A DNA stretch of 64,000 nucleotides from Takakia lepidozioides (lineage: Eukaryota > Plantae > Bryophyta), in assembly GCA_030704615.1 (NCBI GenBank), contig CM060734.1, positions 56,482,001-56,546,000 of the forward strand. The letters run 5' to 3'. The position numbers and the translations under genes are program-made. Positions 1 to 12,386 of the stretch are shown in pieces. Under the pieces are notes generated by a model. It had not been told where the DNA came from. It made no database searches and saw only the letters and a program-made list of their open reading frames with translations. Numbering within the stretch: the first letter of the stretch is position 1; the number at the start of each line of letters is the position of its first letter.

Positions 1-385
1 GTCAAAAAGATGTAAATCCATCTTTCGGCTTCCCTAGATAAAACAAAACATATGTTTAGTGAAGCCTTTATCACATTCTCTTAATTGATTGTATCATATT
101 ATTAGTAATTATTAATCAATAAATATCTGTAACAATATATCTCATCAACTAAGATGAGCCATTGCGCGACAAACTATTTGTTAGATAAATGATATGTTGG
201 ATTTTATATTTTGCTTAAAATAGTTATGTTGAATTTATTTATAGAACCAAAAAAAGTTGAAAGAAGACTCCTCGTGAAAGAATCATAAATCATTTTGTCT
301 CTTCATCCCAAAGAACTATTGCTTTACATTGGACGATGGATGGACGTTATTGCCTACGTTGGTGGACACTTTGAATCCTAGATTA

Positions 386-3033
386 CCGTAGAGGTCGCTA
401 TATTCTGGTTTTAAATAATTCATTTAAGGAGAGAATGAATTTTTTGAAATTTTGCCCTGGGACTAGACGAAAGAGGGGAATAAAAAAATGAACTTTGGAA
501 AAAGAAGGTGACAACTGCCGAATGCAAGCAGTAGTGAATGCTGAAACGTCAAGTTTGAGACTTACTAAAAATGTGTATCACTAACTAAAAATGGTTACAA
601 AATGTGAAAAATACCGTTTCGAGAGATCTATACTCAGCTCTTGAATTACTAAGAAACCCTTTAGGAATAAAAAATCCAAGATCTGCAACCCTTCAATTTC
701 TTGATTCGTAAGTTCAAGCTAGCACTTCAGGCTACAACGTTCGATTCGAATGGGCCCCTGTACTTCTGCTGCAGCTTATTTGATATGTGTAGATATCACT
801 TTCCCTTATTCTGAGCTTGTTGCTTCATCTTTAACATCTTCAGAGCTTGTGGGATACTGATTGGTTTGGCGCCGGTTGATTCCTCCATACATTTGAGCAT
901 CACAGTCTCAGTAGTTTCACAAGGATCTGCTTTCATGCATGTCTTGATAGTTGTCATCATGATCTTCAATTTGGTCTTCTGGAGTTGGATGAGACTTGAA
1001 TAAGATTGAACAAATGTTGGCTCCATAGCTACAATCTGGAAGTCATTATTGAATGCTATGTCCAGACCTGTCTTCTTCCAATCTTTCTTCACACTCTCGT
1101 CCATACGTATGATGTGGTTCCATGCGTTATACAACCAACAGGGTAGGTACTGTTTCAGTGTCACAAGACGGAGATCAACCTTAGGAGATTCTCCTTGTTC
1201 AAGCTTTGACTTGATTACGTTGCAGGTCCATCCATTGAACTCTTGAATGCAGGCTTGAAAGGTCTTCGAAGGGTCTTTGAATGACTACATCTACTGGCTG
1301 CAAGACGCTGGTACAATTAGCAGGGACGTACAAATAGACATATTTGAGGATATTCCTTCACCATGTCTCTAAACTCAATACTAGTATGCACTGACCAGCA
1401 ATCGATGAGCCATATCATCTTGTGTCCATTGGGTAGGCCAAGTTCTTTGCCTTGTGATTCGTAATATGGCAATAAGATCATGTCCACAAACTGCTTGCAA
1501 GTCTGAATGGTAGACCAATGATTTTGAGTATTGGTGAAATGAAAACCAGCGGCTAGACATTGCTTTTGACCAAGAGTTGCAGGTGGAAGTGAACGAGTTG
1601 TGGTTCTATTGAAAAGCACTTGTAACGGTTGACACTCAACTGCAGTAATCTGCCTTTTGTCATCTTGGCCTATCACATGAATGTGCTTAGAACCTTGGTC
1701 TCCCATGTCCTTTCACCTCCTGCAGAAACAATGTGCACCCCTATTTGGTCCGTGTTCACAACTAGCTCACGTGGCCGAATATTATATAATTTGACTAGGT
1801 ATGTTACCCTTTGGGCTATCAAGGTCCTTTGCGTCTCCCAATCAACTGGTAGTTTTGAAGCAGCTGTGGTGGAAACCCGGTATGACCAGTTAAGATACGT
1901 TCGAAGAACATCCGTATTCACCGAAGGCTCACTCGAAACTTACGAGAGTAATCTTCGCTTAATAGTTGAGGTGCTCGAAGCTCAATGATGCCTTGAACAA
2001 TGGGTTGCACCAACGGTGCTGTCAACGGTTGACCTTCAGCACGAATCTGCTTAAGAGTGTCCACGATCTCATCTTTAAGTTCAGGGTGTCTCTCCATAAA
2101 TCGTCACATGATTTTTGGCGAGCAGTTAGGCCGTTCCCCTTTCGATTGCTTGTTTGAATTTTTCTTTCAGTACACCTTCCGATGTGAACCATTCCGCAAG
2201 CAAACCACGTGAAAGTTTGTCATAAATAATGGCTCGTCATGACACCTGGAGCTTTGTGGTAAGAACGAAGATAATGTAGCGCTGCACTCAAGCTTCGATG
2301 ACACCTTACAGCAGCGTAGATCGAAGGCCATAAATCCGTTGAGAACCAATTCGTATAAGTCCCTCTTTTTTTCGGTTTCTTTCTAGAGCTTGCTCCTCGT
2401 CCTCCTCATGTTTGATTTTCATTACAAACACAGTTGCTTTTGGATCTGGACGTGGACGCCCAACATGCCGCTTCGGGTTCTCCTTGGTTCTTCCGTTTTA
2501 ACGCTGAACCTCATATCTCCTCAGCCAAAGCCTCCGACATCCTTCGCTTCGCCACCTCATCTTCCTATTTCATGATAGGACTAACATGTTGTTGTGATTG
2601 CATGCAGAAGCCAACGTGGTTCAGAAGCAATCTGTGATCACATCGATGTTTCAGCTAGAAAATGTGACGCTATAGAACTAAACAGCTCAATTGGAAATCC
2701 ACACAGTCTGAAAAAAGACAGTGAACCCAGCCCTTCTTTGCAACCCCCTTGTACCTATTCTCTCCGCTCAAATTAACTATAATCTTAACTTGGAGTTAAT
2801 CGACTCCCGTGTGAAAATCGATATGCCCAATCAACTGCCGCCGTCGAGATCTAAGGAATCAAGACGTGATTGACGAAATTTAATGAAAAGTACCCAGGGT
2901 GCCGAATTTCAGAAAAAAATGGATGAAGCTTGGATGAAAAAATTAAAATTGTCATTAAGCCTGCCGAACCTGATGACCTACATGTATTTAATGATTTCGA
3001 CATGGGTCTGTCGAGATAGAACGGCCTCTACGG
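386..3033 (-). mobile_element. Full-length but decayed pogo/Tc1-mariner superfamily DNA transposon
   Basis: Imperfect TIRs: CCGTAGAGGTCGCTATAT at 386 and, as reverse complement, CCGTAGAGGCCGTTCTAT ending at 3033. Both ends are flanked by TA (384-385, 3034-3035). A fragmented DDE transposase lies inside. Confidence 0.85.
796..2575 (-). pseudogene. Frameshifted DDE_1 (pogo/CENP-B-like) transposase
   Basis: ORF fragments carry VVNTDQIG (1st Asp), DDKRQIT, NHWS, WLIDCWSVH (2nd Asp) and, after a frameshift near 1320, LQPVDV (3rd Asp). Multiple stops and frameshifts. Confidence 0.85.
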
Positions 3034-3205
3034 TACCTAAGTTATGCACAATTAGAGCACAAACACCCAACACTTTGACTTATGTATGTGTTTTTTTTTT
3101 TTTTTTTTAATACATACTCAAATGTATATAGAACTACAGATATATCACAAGTACATAAGTTACTTTGGCTGCGCGGCACCACTAATGACAACTTCTGAGA
3201 ACTTT

Positions 3206-3426
3206 GGGTGGTAGCTCAGCTGATAAGTGCTCAGTGTCTCGCCCTAGTGGTTCGGGGTTCAAACCCGTTGCCCTGCCTCGTGTGTGGGATTGTTCGTGAC
3301 GGTATGTCTGGGCGTTGTTCGTCGTGTAGGTCTCCATGGCCCATAAATGAAAGGGGGTTAATCTTTCCCCTCAAGGGCCTGAATGTGGGCTGTCGCTCCC
3401 AGGTTTCCTTTTCTGAAAAAAAAAAA
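3206..3426 (+). mobile_element. tRNA-derived SINE, family 1
   Basis: Pol III A-box-like TAGCTCAGCTGA (about 3212) and B-box GGTTCAAACCC (about 3256), then an unrelated body and a poly(A) tail (3416-3426). The 3' part recurs at 32686-32753. Confidence 0.75.
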
Positions 3427-3691
3427 CAATGTTCAAGTCTTACAAATTCATTAATTAATGTTAGAATGAACAATGTTCAATCAAGAGAGAGAAGACTCCG
3501 GTCAAAACGTCAAAACCAGAGTAACTAAGAGCCACTTCGCTTCATGGCTACTACCCCCTCTAGGGGGTGGGCCCTATTATGTTCAATCAATTAATGGTAC
3601 TATTTTTATTATAGAGAGAAAAGACTCTAGCTAGAGCTGACGTAAGTAAGAGTCATTGTATTTTATGACTACTACTCCTTTCAAGGGTGGA

Positions 3692-4785
3692 CTAGGGTAG
3701 CCTGTGTCGTTGGGCCAAATGTCATGTGTCATCTAATTAAGCCCAAGTCCAAGTGCGTCTCCCATGTCAAGACCCAAGTGCAACCTCTAGGATAGCCTGT
3801 GCCTTTGGCCCATGTGTGAAGAATTGAAATGTAAGACCAAGTGTGATTTCCTATGTATCCCAATGCGTCTCCTATGTCAAGGCCCATCTAAGCCCAAGTG
3901 CAATTTTCTATGTATCCAAGTGCATCTCCTATGTAGAGGCCCAAGTGTAATCCAAGTGTATCCAAGTGCGTCTCCTATGTAGAGGCCGAAGTGCGACCTC
4001 TACATACTTGAAATTCGTGTTAGCCGTATCTCATCATTTTTTTTCCACAGAGCCTACGACCAGTGTATCCAAGTGCGTCTCCTATGTCGAGGCCCAAATG
4101 TGACCTCTAGCATGTGCCGTGGGCCCAAGTGTCAAGTATCATTTAAGTCCAAATGTAAGATCTTCTATGTATCCCAGTGCGTCTCCTATGTCGAGGCCCA
4201 AGTGCAACCTCTACGATAGCGTGTACCTTTGGCCCATCTGTGAAGAATTGAAAATCTAAGACCAAGTGCAATTTCCTATGTATCCAATGCATCTCCTATA
4301 TTGTTGAGGCCCAAGTGCGACCTGTAGTGTAGCCTATGCCGTTGGCCCATGTGTGAAGAATTAAAATCTAAGTCCAAGTGCAATCTTCTATGTATCCAAG
4401 TGCGTCTCCTATGTCGAGGCCCAAATGCAACCTCTAGGGTAGCTTGTACCGTTGGCCCAAGTGTCCAATGTCATCTAAGTCATTATTTAAAGAGCCTACG
4501 ACCAGATTTGAACCGGAGACCTTTTCCTTGATATCTGTCGAGGCTCCGATCATTGTGCCAGGAAAGCCCACTTTCCTATTTTCCGTGAATTTCGTACTTG
4601 AAATTCGACATCTCCCACACCGCAGGTCTAAAAATCATGAGACCAAGCCCGTGCACCCCTCCTCGTCGAGGGCTTTCCAATGGTACCAAGCACCAAGGCT
4701 AGGGCCCCGCAGTTTGGGACATCTCAAATCTACAAAACAAAACAAACAAAACAAAACAAAACAAATGTCTTGCTTCATTTATTGA
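3692..4785 (-). mobile_element. Non-autonomous Helitron-like element with internal degenerate tandem repeats
   Basis: On the minus strand it begins A|TC at 4785 and ends ...GGCCCAACGACACAGGCTACCCTAG|T at 3692. The interior has many copies of CCAAGTGCGTCTCCTATGT and about six copies of the CTAGGGTAGCCTGTGCCGTTGGCCC-like end motif. Confidence 0.55.
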
Positions 4786-5187
4786 TTGAGTAAAGGTTTT
4801 TATAAATCAAATTTTAACAAATAATTCTTAAATTCTTAAACATAAAGACTAAACATATTAGCGTACATCTAGAATCTATAATAGAGTTTGTTGAATATAT
4901 GGATTTTGTAATACATTAATATATCTATATTTTTAATTTCAAAAATATAAATAAGAGATGTTAAGACAAATTAAGAGTGACAAATAATGATGAATGTAAA
5001 CATGACATTCTAGAACTGATTCCAATATTTTGGCATGGAGGTGTGATTTTTATTTTTATTTTTTGAAAGAGGGACAGTGGGCTCAAAAACTTTATAAATA
5101 AGGAAAAATATCCGTGGAACACAGAAGGTGGAAAAAATAACCACCGAGAAGGCTGTGAGGACTTATTGCGGGGTGACATCTTTGGAA

Positions 5188-5407
5188 TTTTTCTTTGGGA
5201 GAAGATGGCATGATACCTACCATAGAGTTGGAATATCATGGGGATTCTTTTTTTATTTTTATTTTAAATTTTAAGGGGCTGCTTCATATTGTTTTTCCGC
5301 AATATGGAATCTTCATAATGACACAACAAAGCAGATTTTGGGATTTTTCTTTGGGAGAAGATGGCATGATACATGATACCTACCATAGAGTTGGAATATC
5401 ATGGGGA
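5188..5407. repeat. Two direct copies of a ~55-60 bp unit
   Basis: TTTTCTTTGGGAGAAGATGGCATGATAC...CTACCATAGAGTTGGAATATCATGGGGA at about 5188 and about 5345. Confidence 0.8.
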
Positions 5408-5547
5408 TCCTTTTTCTTTCTTTAAAAAAAAAAAGGGGCTGAGCCCAATATCAGGGGGATTCCTTGAGGAAAAATCAGCAGGGCATGGTCAAACCATTTC
5501 CGGCACGAATTGGGGCAGGGCCAAATCAGTTTGGATCCTCACTCTCT

Positions 5548-5587
5548 CTGCACTTGAGCAGGTAGCCCCGTGGTTGGGTGTTTGTGC
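5548..5587 (+). mobile_element. 5' fragment of SINE family 2
   Basis: CTGCACTTGAGCAGGTAGCCCCGTGGTTGGGTGTTTGTGC is nearly identical to 31303-31342. Confidence 0.65.
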
Positions 5588-5779
5588 AGGACCAAGCTAC
5601 CAGCAAATGAAGAGAGCAGACGGGATTGTGAGAGTAGAGAGAGTGCCTGCGAAAAATAGCAGCAGTGGGTGTGATTCAGTATGGCATGGTCAGATTAAAG
5701 TCGATGTACACTATTAGCCATGATCTATTTTAGAAATGCTTCTATCAATCTATTTCATATACAAAAGGAATGATGTTAT

Positions 5780-6010
5780 CTTCCCTCTTTTGGCCCTCAT
5801 ATCCCAAAGTCAACTTTGGTGGCTTCACAACTTTTAAGACAATGAAACTCGACAAAATATAAATTGCTAATGTTACTTTTTTCCGAAAGGGCATAAAAGA
5901 AGGATACAATTTGACCTACAACCAACAAACACCGAGTCAATGACAACTGTGATGATTGAATTATTATTATTACTATTGATTATTGCAATATGAGAGCCAA
6001 AAGAGGGAAG
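5780..6010. mobile_element. MITE (~230 bp)
   Basis: TIRs CTTCCCTCTTTTGGCCCTCATAT and ATATGAGAGCCAAAAGAGGGAAG match at 22/23. AT-rich interior and TA-like flanks. Confidence 0.7.
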
Positions 6011-6037
6011 TAAACAACAAACTTTATATACTAGACT

Positions 6038-6175
6038 ATTTTTTTATTTTTTTATTTTTTGAAGAAAGGGGACGGAGGCCCTCTTAATCAGATAAAAACG
6101 AGGAAAAAACAACCTCGAGGCCATAAGGGTCACAAAGCGAGGCCACTTCAGGGCCGCAGTAACCACAGACAACTT
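6038..6175 (-). mobile_element. 3' end of a 5'-truncated retroposon (LINE-like)
   Basis: A T-rich tract is followed by AAAGGGGGACGGAGGCCCT...CGAGGAAAAAACAACCTCGA. A homologous segment lies at about 42304-42370. Confidence 0.5.
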
Positions 6176-7117
6176 CTAATAAGGTCAATTTTTCTTTAAT
6201 ACAATCTTGAATATATTTTTTCATTTTGTACTTTGTAATGACAGACCAGACCTAGAATCTAGAAGGCCAAATTTGGTACTTCCAAAGATAGTCAAGCTCT
6301 TTTGATGTAATTGCACCAACGGTTTCCACTAGGACTAGATTCAATGGATTTCAAATCTTGTATGGAAGTGATCTAGCAGAGTCCAACATGCTCATATCAC
6401 TAACCACATAAGTGTAATTACACAATCATATATTAGTCAAACCCCACTAACTTGCCAGCCAAAAATTGCAACACCTTTATTTTATTAATTTTTTATTTTG
6501 TTCCCAAGCAATTTGGACATCTTTCAGAAAGCATAAGTTGGTGACATGTCCGACAATGGTGTGACGCTATGGCACCTATTCCTACTCTACACTGAAACTA
6601 GTATCTAATTTTCAATCGTCACTAGAACTTCAAGTTTTAAACCTGGCCTAGATCATATTAATTATATCATTCACTACAACATTGTAAGCGATTCGTAATT
6701 AATTGTGAATCTCAAAGATGAATGTAAACTTCTCAAATGTCTTTGCACTCTTAGTACCTTACCGGAATATGCACAATTTACTATTAGATGCTCAAATTAA
6801 ATTCCAGAATGCAACAATTGCAAGATCTCATATTTGTCTCCTTCACAATTTGGTCTAAGTTTTAGAGATCTTTATTCTTCGCGACAATCAGTCAATATAA
6901 GTTATGTGACCATTTGTTTTGGCCCATGGAGCCACTCCTAACAGGGATAATAGCCGCAAGGTGGAGTGGTTCTTAGTTATGTCGGCCTCGACTAAAGTTT
7001 TCCGTTTTTAGTTGCTTCATCCTTAAACAAATATACATTGTAAGCCCAAAAAACAAACAGGTAGTACCAATTTGGATAGATCAAACTTGGAGAAATATGA
7101 GTTCAAGGAGTAGTCAT

Positions 7118-8341
7118 TCAACTTCGATGCTTCCTTGTGACCTTCTTCTGCTTGGAGAGTTTCAATGGTACGTGCATTGAAGCTGGCTTGACCTGGTTGA
7201 CAACATCTAGCTTGGCCACCTTGAAGCCCCCCTTGGATGGGGTATAATCATCTTCCTCAACTTGATGATCGAACCTTTTTCCTGGTGGTGTCAAGCTCGC
7301 TCGAATCATTGGTCTCCTTGCTTCAGGTCCAGATTTACGAGGATTACGGTTTCTCTTCTTAGGATTTGGAGACACTTGAAGATTGTGATCTGCCTCTGAG
7401 CCATGTTGGAATCCTCATCATCAGTTCTACTACCATGGCTGTTAGTTTTGGAATCATGGTCAGAATCTAACTTGCTTTCGTCTGATTGAGTGCCTGCAAC
7501 ATCATCGACATCACAATCTTCATCAACTAGCATACTTTGACTTATTTTGTGGGCTGGAATGACCGCCTTCATCTGTTTCATCTCTTCCTGGGTTGGGGGG
7601 GAATAATTCACCTTGGATGTTCTCTTCTACGATCTTTTCCTGACTGTCACTAACTAAGAGATCATGACCATGCATTGAGTCACTTGAGTGAGTAGTGGGT
7701 CCTGTGAGTCTTCCATGTTTCCCCTTCTTCGAAGCCTTCTTCAGATTTTGCGCCTTCATCATTTCTTGGGCCTGTCACACACACAAAAATAAGATGCCCA
7801 CATTCAGATCTCATGGAAGCACTGGGTAGCATCATACAACACACAATAGTACAACTGAATTGTGTGCCTTCTGACTGATTTTGTACGTACCTGTAAGACT
7901 AGTGCAACTTTGTTGGCCCCGACAATGGGCCCACTCTCACACGTTGTTGCTTTCTCTGATGGAACTTCTGGCTTGGGTCTCTCCAAAACAGGCAGCACCT
8001 CCATGCCATGATCGACCCCCTTCTGGGTTTTAAGTATTGACATTGGTTTCTTCACTGCATTCTCAAACTGCTCAAAAACACAACAAGTAGTCATGAGGGA
8101 GTTCATTCAATATAAAAGTACAAATTCATAGATTATATATAATGGACAATAGAGCAAGCAAGTTATAATACCTCTTTTTCGGCTGTGGAGCTCCTGACAC
8201 AGGGCTCTCTGCAAGACACATGACCCGGCTTCTCTTCTTAGGATTTGCAGACACTTGAAGACCGTGATCAGCTTCTGGCACAGGCCTCTCTGAAAGACAC
8301 ATGACCTCTATTGGCTCTGCCGAGGATGGAACAAACTTCAA
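7118..8341 (-). pseudogene. Frameshifted multi-exon low-complexity (K/R/S/D-rich) gene remnant, probably TE cargo
   Basis: Exon-like blocks at about 8172-8340, 7891-8030 and 7118-7771 with GT/AG borders, and frame changes within the last block. An internally duplicated LQVS(A/P)NPKKR motif occurs at about 7352 and 8231. Confidence 0.4.
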
Positions 8342-8413
8342 TTCTATTGGATTGAGTGGCTCCTACACGGTTCCCCGTGTGTTAAGGCCTCATGGCAGCC
8401 TTTAGGCTTTTTA

Positions 8414-8787
8414 AAGCATGCCCAGCAGGCGTTATGGTGCTCTATCTTCAAAGTAGCGCGGCCGCCGATGTCGGAAGGGATCGCATGTCCCACACTCTCA
8501 CGCTTCAAAATGGTGAACCTCACCAAGTTTCGTCTCACTCCCGCGCTATCTACAACGCATTTGGAGTATGACATTCTCCCGCACGCTACGCCACTGAGCC
8601 TCACATGTCATGATGAGTGGCGGGGCCCACGGTCACCTCAGCATGACGCTATTACTCCCCTCTGGTTATAATGGATTGCTGCTGGGCTCTTACCAGCCAA
8701 CACGCTATCTAGCTTGCCTGCCTCACCATACGCCTCGCAAACGTAGTGATAGCGCGGCAGTTTAATGTGCCTCTGCTGGGCATGCTC
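8414..8787. mobile_element. PIF/Harbinger (Tourist-like) MITE
   Basis: TIRs AAGCATGCCCAGCAG and CTGCTGGGCATGCTC resemble the GAGCATCTCCAACAG-type Tourist terminus. Flanked by TTA and TAA. Confidence 0.75.
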
Positions 8788-10896
8788 TAAGGGTTTAATT
8801 TTTTCCCTTCAATAACTCTTTAATAAAATTCTCAGGGCCACTGTCCCCTGTTTGTAAGAAAAATCAAAATAAAAATCTAAGTAAAATTTGGATTCCTCCA
8901 AAAGAACAAATGCATGTAATACGCGCAAACCCGATTTGTTTTTTTTGTTATTTTCTTGGACCAAGCCCTTGTGAAGCCTGGATTCCTACCACTTGTTTTT
9001 TGGATTGGATGGATAGAGTATGACTACGTTTGGATGAACTGTTGCTGCGGATGAAGACCTGATGTGGCGGGGCTGACCGTTACGTAATATGAGCTGGCGC
9101 AGCTGGGTCTCATTAAATTAGTGTTGTCTGTAGTTAACAGCTAGTTTAGGATTATGATAGATGAGCTGACATCTTTGAGGGTCCTTATAGGAAGACATCT
9201 GGATGACCAATGTAAAGAGCCCATGTGGTTCAGATTAGATTACGTTTCTAATACTTAAGCCTGTGATTAGAGGCAAAGGAGGTGGTGGATTTGATCTCAA
9301 GTGGTGTACGGTGTACTTGTGTTGCAACTTGAATGTGCATGATCTGCTGGATGAAAGTGTCTTTGCATGTGTGAATGGTTGTGTCAGAATCTACCCTATC
9401 TAGCAAGTCCTTGTCCTACTGCGCTACAACCCCCTTGTTGGTAATTCCCGGACGGAAAGGGGAATATATCCCAGCCCCGGAATCTTGCCTCCCACCCGGC
9501 AGGGGGAAATAAACCCCTTTATTATGGAGATATTAACCCCTAAAGAACGAGAGGTGTTTTTGGGTTTTTGGACAATTCCAGCGGGAGATGGTGCATGTTT
9601 TTGAAAATAGAAAAAACAAAGCAAAAGTTCATGTTTGACCAAGCAAATTATCCATGATCCCAAATTTTCCTGGGAGAAAAAGTGCTATATTCATGTGAAG
9701 TGCACAATCTCACCCCAATTTGCCAAAATGAAAGGGGGGGTGCTTTGTATGTGACTGGAATGGGGGTTCAAAAAGAGAATTTGCAAAGGAAATGGTATAG
9801 GCCCCATTGGGACCCCAAATTCTCCTTCATTTGGGAATTCCAACGGTCAGTCCCTCATAGGCCAAGGACTACTCAAGCCTGCCCAAGAATTTCCCAAAAA
9901 TTGCCTAAATTGCATTTGGGATGTGGGATTTTGTGAAATTTCCGAGGTTTCCCATTATTTGCCAGGGCCAGCTCATTCGAGCCGTCCCCGTGTTCGTTGG
10001 CGTTTTGGGGAGGGCCTCACAGGCCCGACTCCAACCCCTGCATGCCCCCCGCCGCAAAATCCCACCCGCGTGGCCGCTGCCACCTGCCATGTCGACGGTC
10101 ACTGTCGTGCCCCCCTCCACCCAAAATCCTGCAATTTCCAAACTTCAAGAAATTCCTGACGGCGGAGTTTTTCTCTGTTGGGGGCGCCATAAAGACCTGC
10201 GTGTGCAGCTCGTTCCGCGCTACATTGTTCGGTCAAGCCGCTCATTCATCGGACTTCATCCGTGCATGCTACGGATGGATGAAAAATCGGGCCGACCCGA
10301 TTCAGGTCGGCTCGTTGTTTAGGTGTTAAGGCAAACAAGAGCATACTCATCCACCTTGAAGGCGGGTCAAGGCACATAGTGTCTTACCACCGGGTGTTCT
10401 CTTATTGGTATTGTAAAACAATCAATCAATGCCAATTTTGAATTGGTATCCTTTGTCCTGCTGGACAGTCACTGTTTGTCTCGTCTATTGACCGGATGAA
10501 CTATGAACTAGGCTACATCCTGTGTACATATTTCATCTATAAACGTGGGAAAATATTCATTTACAGCTGAGAGTAGGCCATAGTATCAGGGGTGGTCAGA
10601 ATCAAAGGGTACTTAAGCAGAGCCACAATGCTCTGAAGTGATCCTCACATCATCGTACGTAGACCAGGCTATCAATCCCGCTCTTGGAATCATCAATTCT
10701 CTGTAATCTGATTGCAAGGTTTCAGAATCTGGAGGTTCTGATCCTGGCCTTGAGGGTCATTGTCCTGTGGTGACTAGACGAGGGTTAAGAAGGTCTGTGA
10801 GTGCGTAAATCTGTGTCAACTTCGCAACCAGGCCCCACCCACAGCTCCATGAGCTAACGAGTCGCTCATAGCAACCCAGTTCTGTATTGCATATAG

Positions 10897-11205
10897 GTGC
10901 TCCCTGTCAACGCTATTTCTACAATGGAGGGCGTACAGCCAAGGGAAGCAGCTGGACCGGTCGTTGCAGCGGTCCTAACTCTGGGCTCAGAGGAACAACA
11001 TCTTGCAATAACCGAAGGCAGCGAGCACCGGCCCCTCTCGTCTTCTCTGGTAGATTTGAAAGAGAAGTGTATGGAGGTTCTGGCCTCGTACTTGCAGCGC
11101 CACATGGTGCCCTTTGAAGATGCCGATGCAGACCTTCTGGATGCCTCATCTGGAGAGGAAGACGAGGACAATAGTGGTGCTGCCCCATCCAAGAGACGAA
11201 AGTAG
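10897..11205 (+). CDS. Putative terminal exon of an orphan gene: acidic tract followed by a KRRK NLS-like C-terminus
   Basis: Acceptor-like TTGCATATAG|GTG at 10896, then an open frame to TAG. A GC-rich upstream region (9960-10320) has a donor-like site, but the upstream exons do not join in frame. Confidence 0.3.
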   Translation: MLPVNAISTMEGVQPREAAGPVVAAVLTLGSEEQHLAITEGSEHRPLSSSLVDLKEKCMEVLASYLQRHMVPFEDADADLLDASSGEEDEDNSGAAPSKRRK

Positions 11206-12244
11206 TTTTATTGATGTGTATATCCTTGCAGCTTCAATCTTCCTGATAATGATCCGCCTCGGATGGGAAACTCTGGTGATGAATTGGGCTAGCTTATCGC
11301 ACTCCTTTTATGATCATTGTTGGTTGAAGGGAGAAGTTAGAAGGGGAAAATAGTTTTTGTTATCCGTCTAGCATGCATTGTCATAATGCTTACATTGCAG
11401 AACACATGTGGAGGTTTGCATGTTGCTGCTTTGGTGTTGGAATGTGAAGTAAGGTATACCAGCACAGTTGCAAAGGTGCAAGGAGTGGTGATCACTTTAC
11501 AGAACACCAGTTCCACTAAGATCATACTCTAGCTTACCCTCATACTTGAACCCGCCAATGTCCAGCATAGATGAGAATTGCTTGCAAACTGTAATTTGAC
11601 CTGGATTATACTGACATTTTTGTGTATGTTGTTGGATGTTATTAGCTCAATCATTCTTAACCCATTCTAGTTTCAATTTCAAACAAGAGCTCTTCAGGGG
11701 GAGAGATACCCCCATCCCCCATGAGCTGCTGAACTAGCAAATTGCTTGGCTTCAAACCACAAAATCCACATTTTGAATGTAGTTCTGTGAATAATTACTT
11801 GTTTTAGTAACTTGAGGCCATTCAGCTCTTTTCTGGAGGTGTGATAGTGATGCAGACCTGATGCTTAATCCTCTTCAAAGAAAGAATTGTGCACAGTTGC
11901 TCTATAACAGCATGGGTTGTTCTCGCAGTTGTATGCTCAGTGTCTAGTAAATGACTGCAAACTCCGCCCTACATTTGATCATCCTCTTGAATATGCCTCC
12001 CCACTCTGTCTGATCAACCTTCTTTTCTTGTCTGATCTCCTTCAGGGCAGTAGGTGATGTTAGATCGGTTTGAGCCGTTGTTTCCCTGCATCCACTTCTG
12101 TCTCTTATCTAGTATGAGACTAAGATTATACGCCATTCATGAATTGAGCAAGTCTCCCTTTCCTCTTACTTTCTTTCTCGCCTGGCCTCCTTTAACACCC
12201 AAGGTCCTCCTCCTCTCTTCTGCCTAAAAACATGAGGGAATGGG

Positions 12245-12386
12245 GAGAGAGGGAGAGAGAGAGAGAGAGAATGTACTCATAAGACGATGTTCGCCGTGGC
12301 CTTGTGGCCATGGACCCCAGCCTGGGTGGAACAAAAAGACATAGAAACTACCTTTGTGAGCGGCTCACTCTGGTAGTGTGACTTAA
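12245..12386 (-). repeat. Dispersed ~120-bp repeat with (TC)n tail
   Basis: GAATGTACTCATAAGAC...GCCTTGTGGCCAT...CTTTGTGAG..GGCTCACTC..GTAGTG.GACTTA is shared with 63582-63704. A short copy lies at 52888-52906. The 12269 and 52888 copies abut (GA)n. Confidence 0.7.

Noticed and set aside
3206-3280. Functional tRNA gene
   Set aside because: A and B boxes are present but the cloverleaf pairing is poor. It continues into a body and poly(A) tail that recur elsewhere, so it is a SINE.
3700-4480. CRISPR-like repeat-spacer pattern
   Set aside because: The repeats are degenerate and the intervening sequences are themselves repeated, so this is a TE-associated minisatellite.
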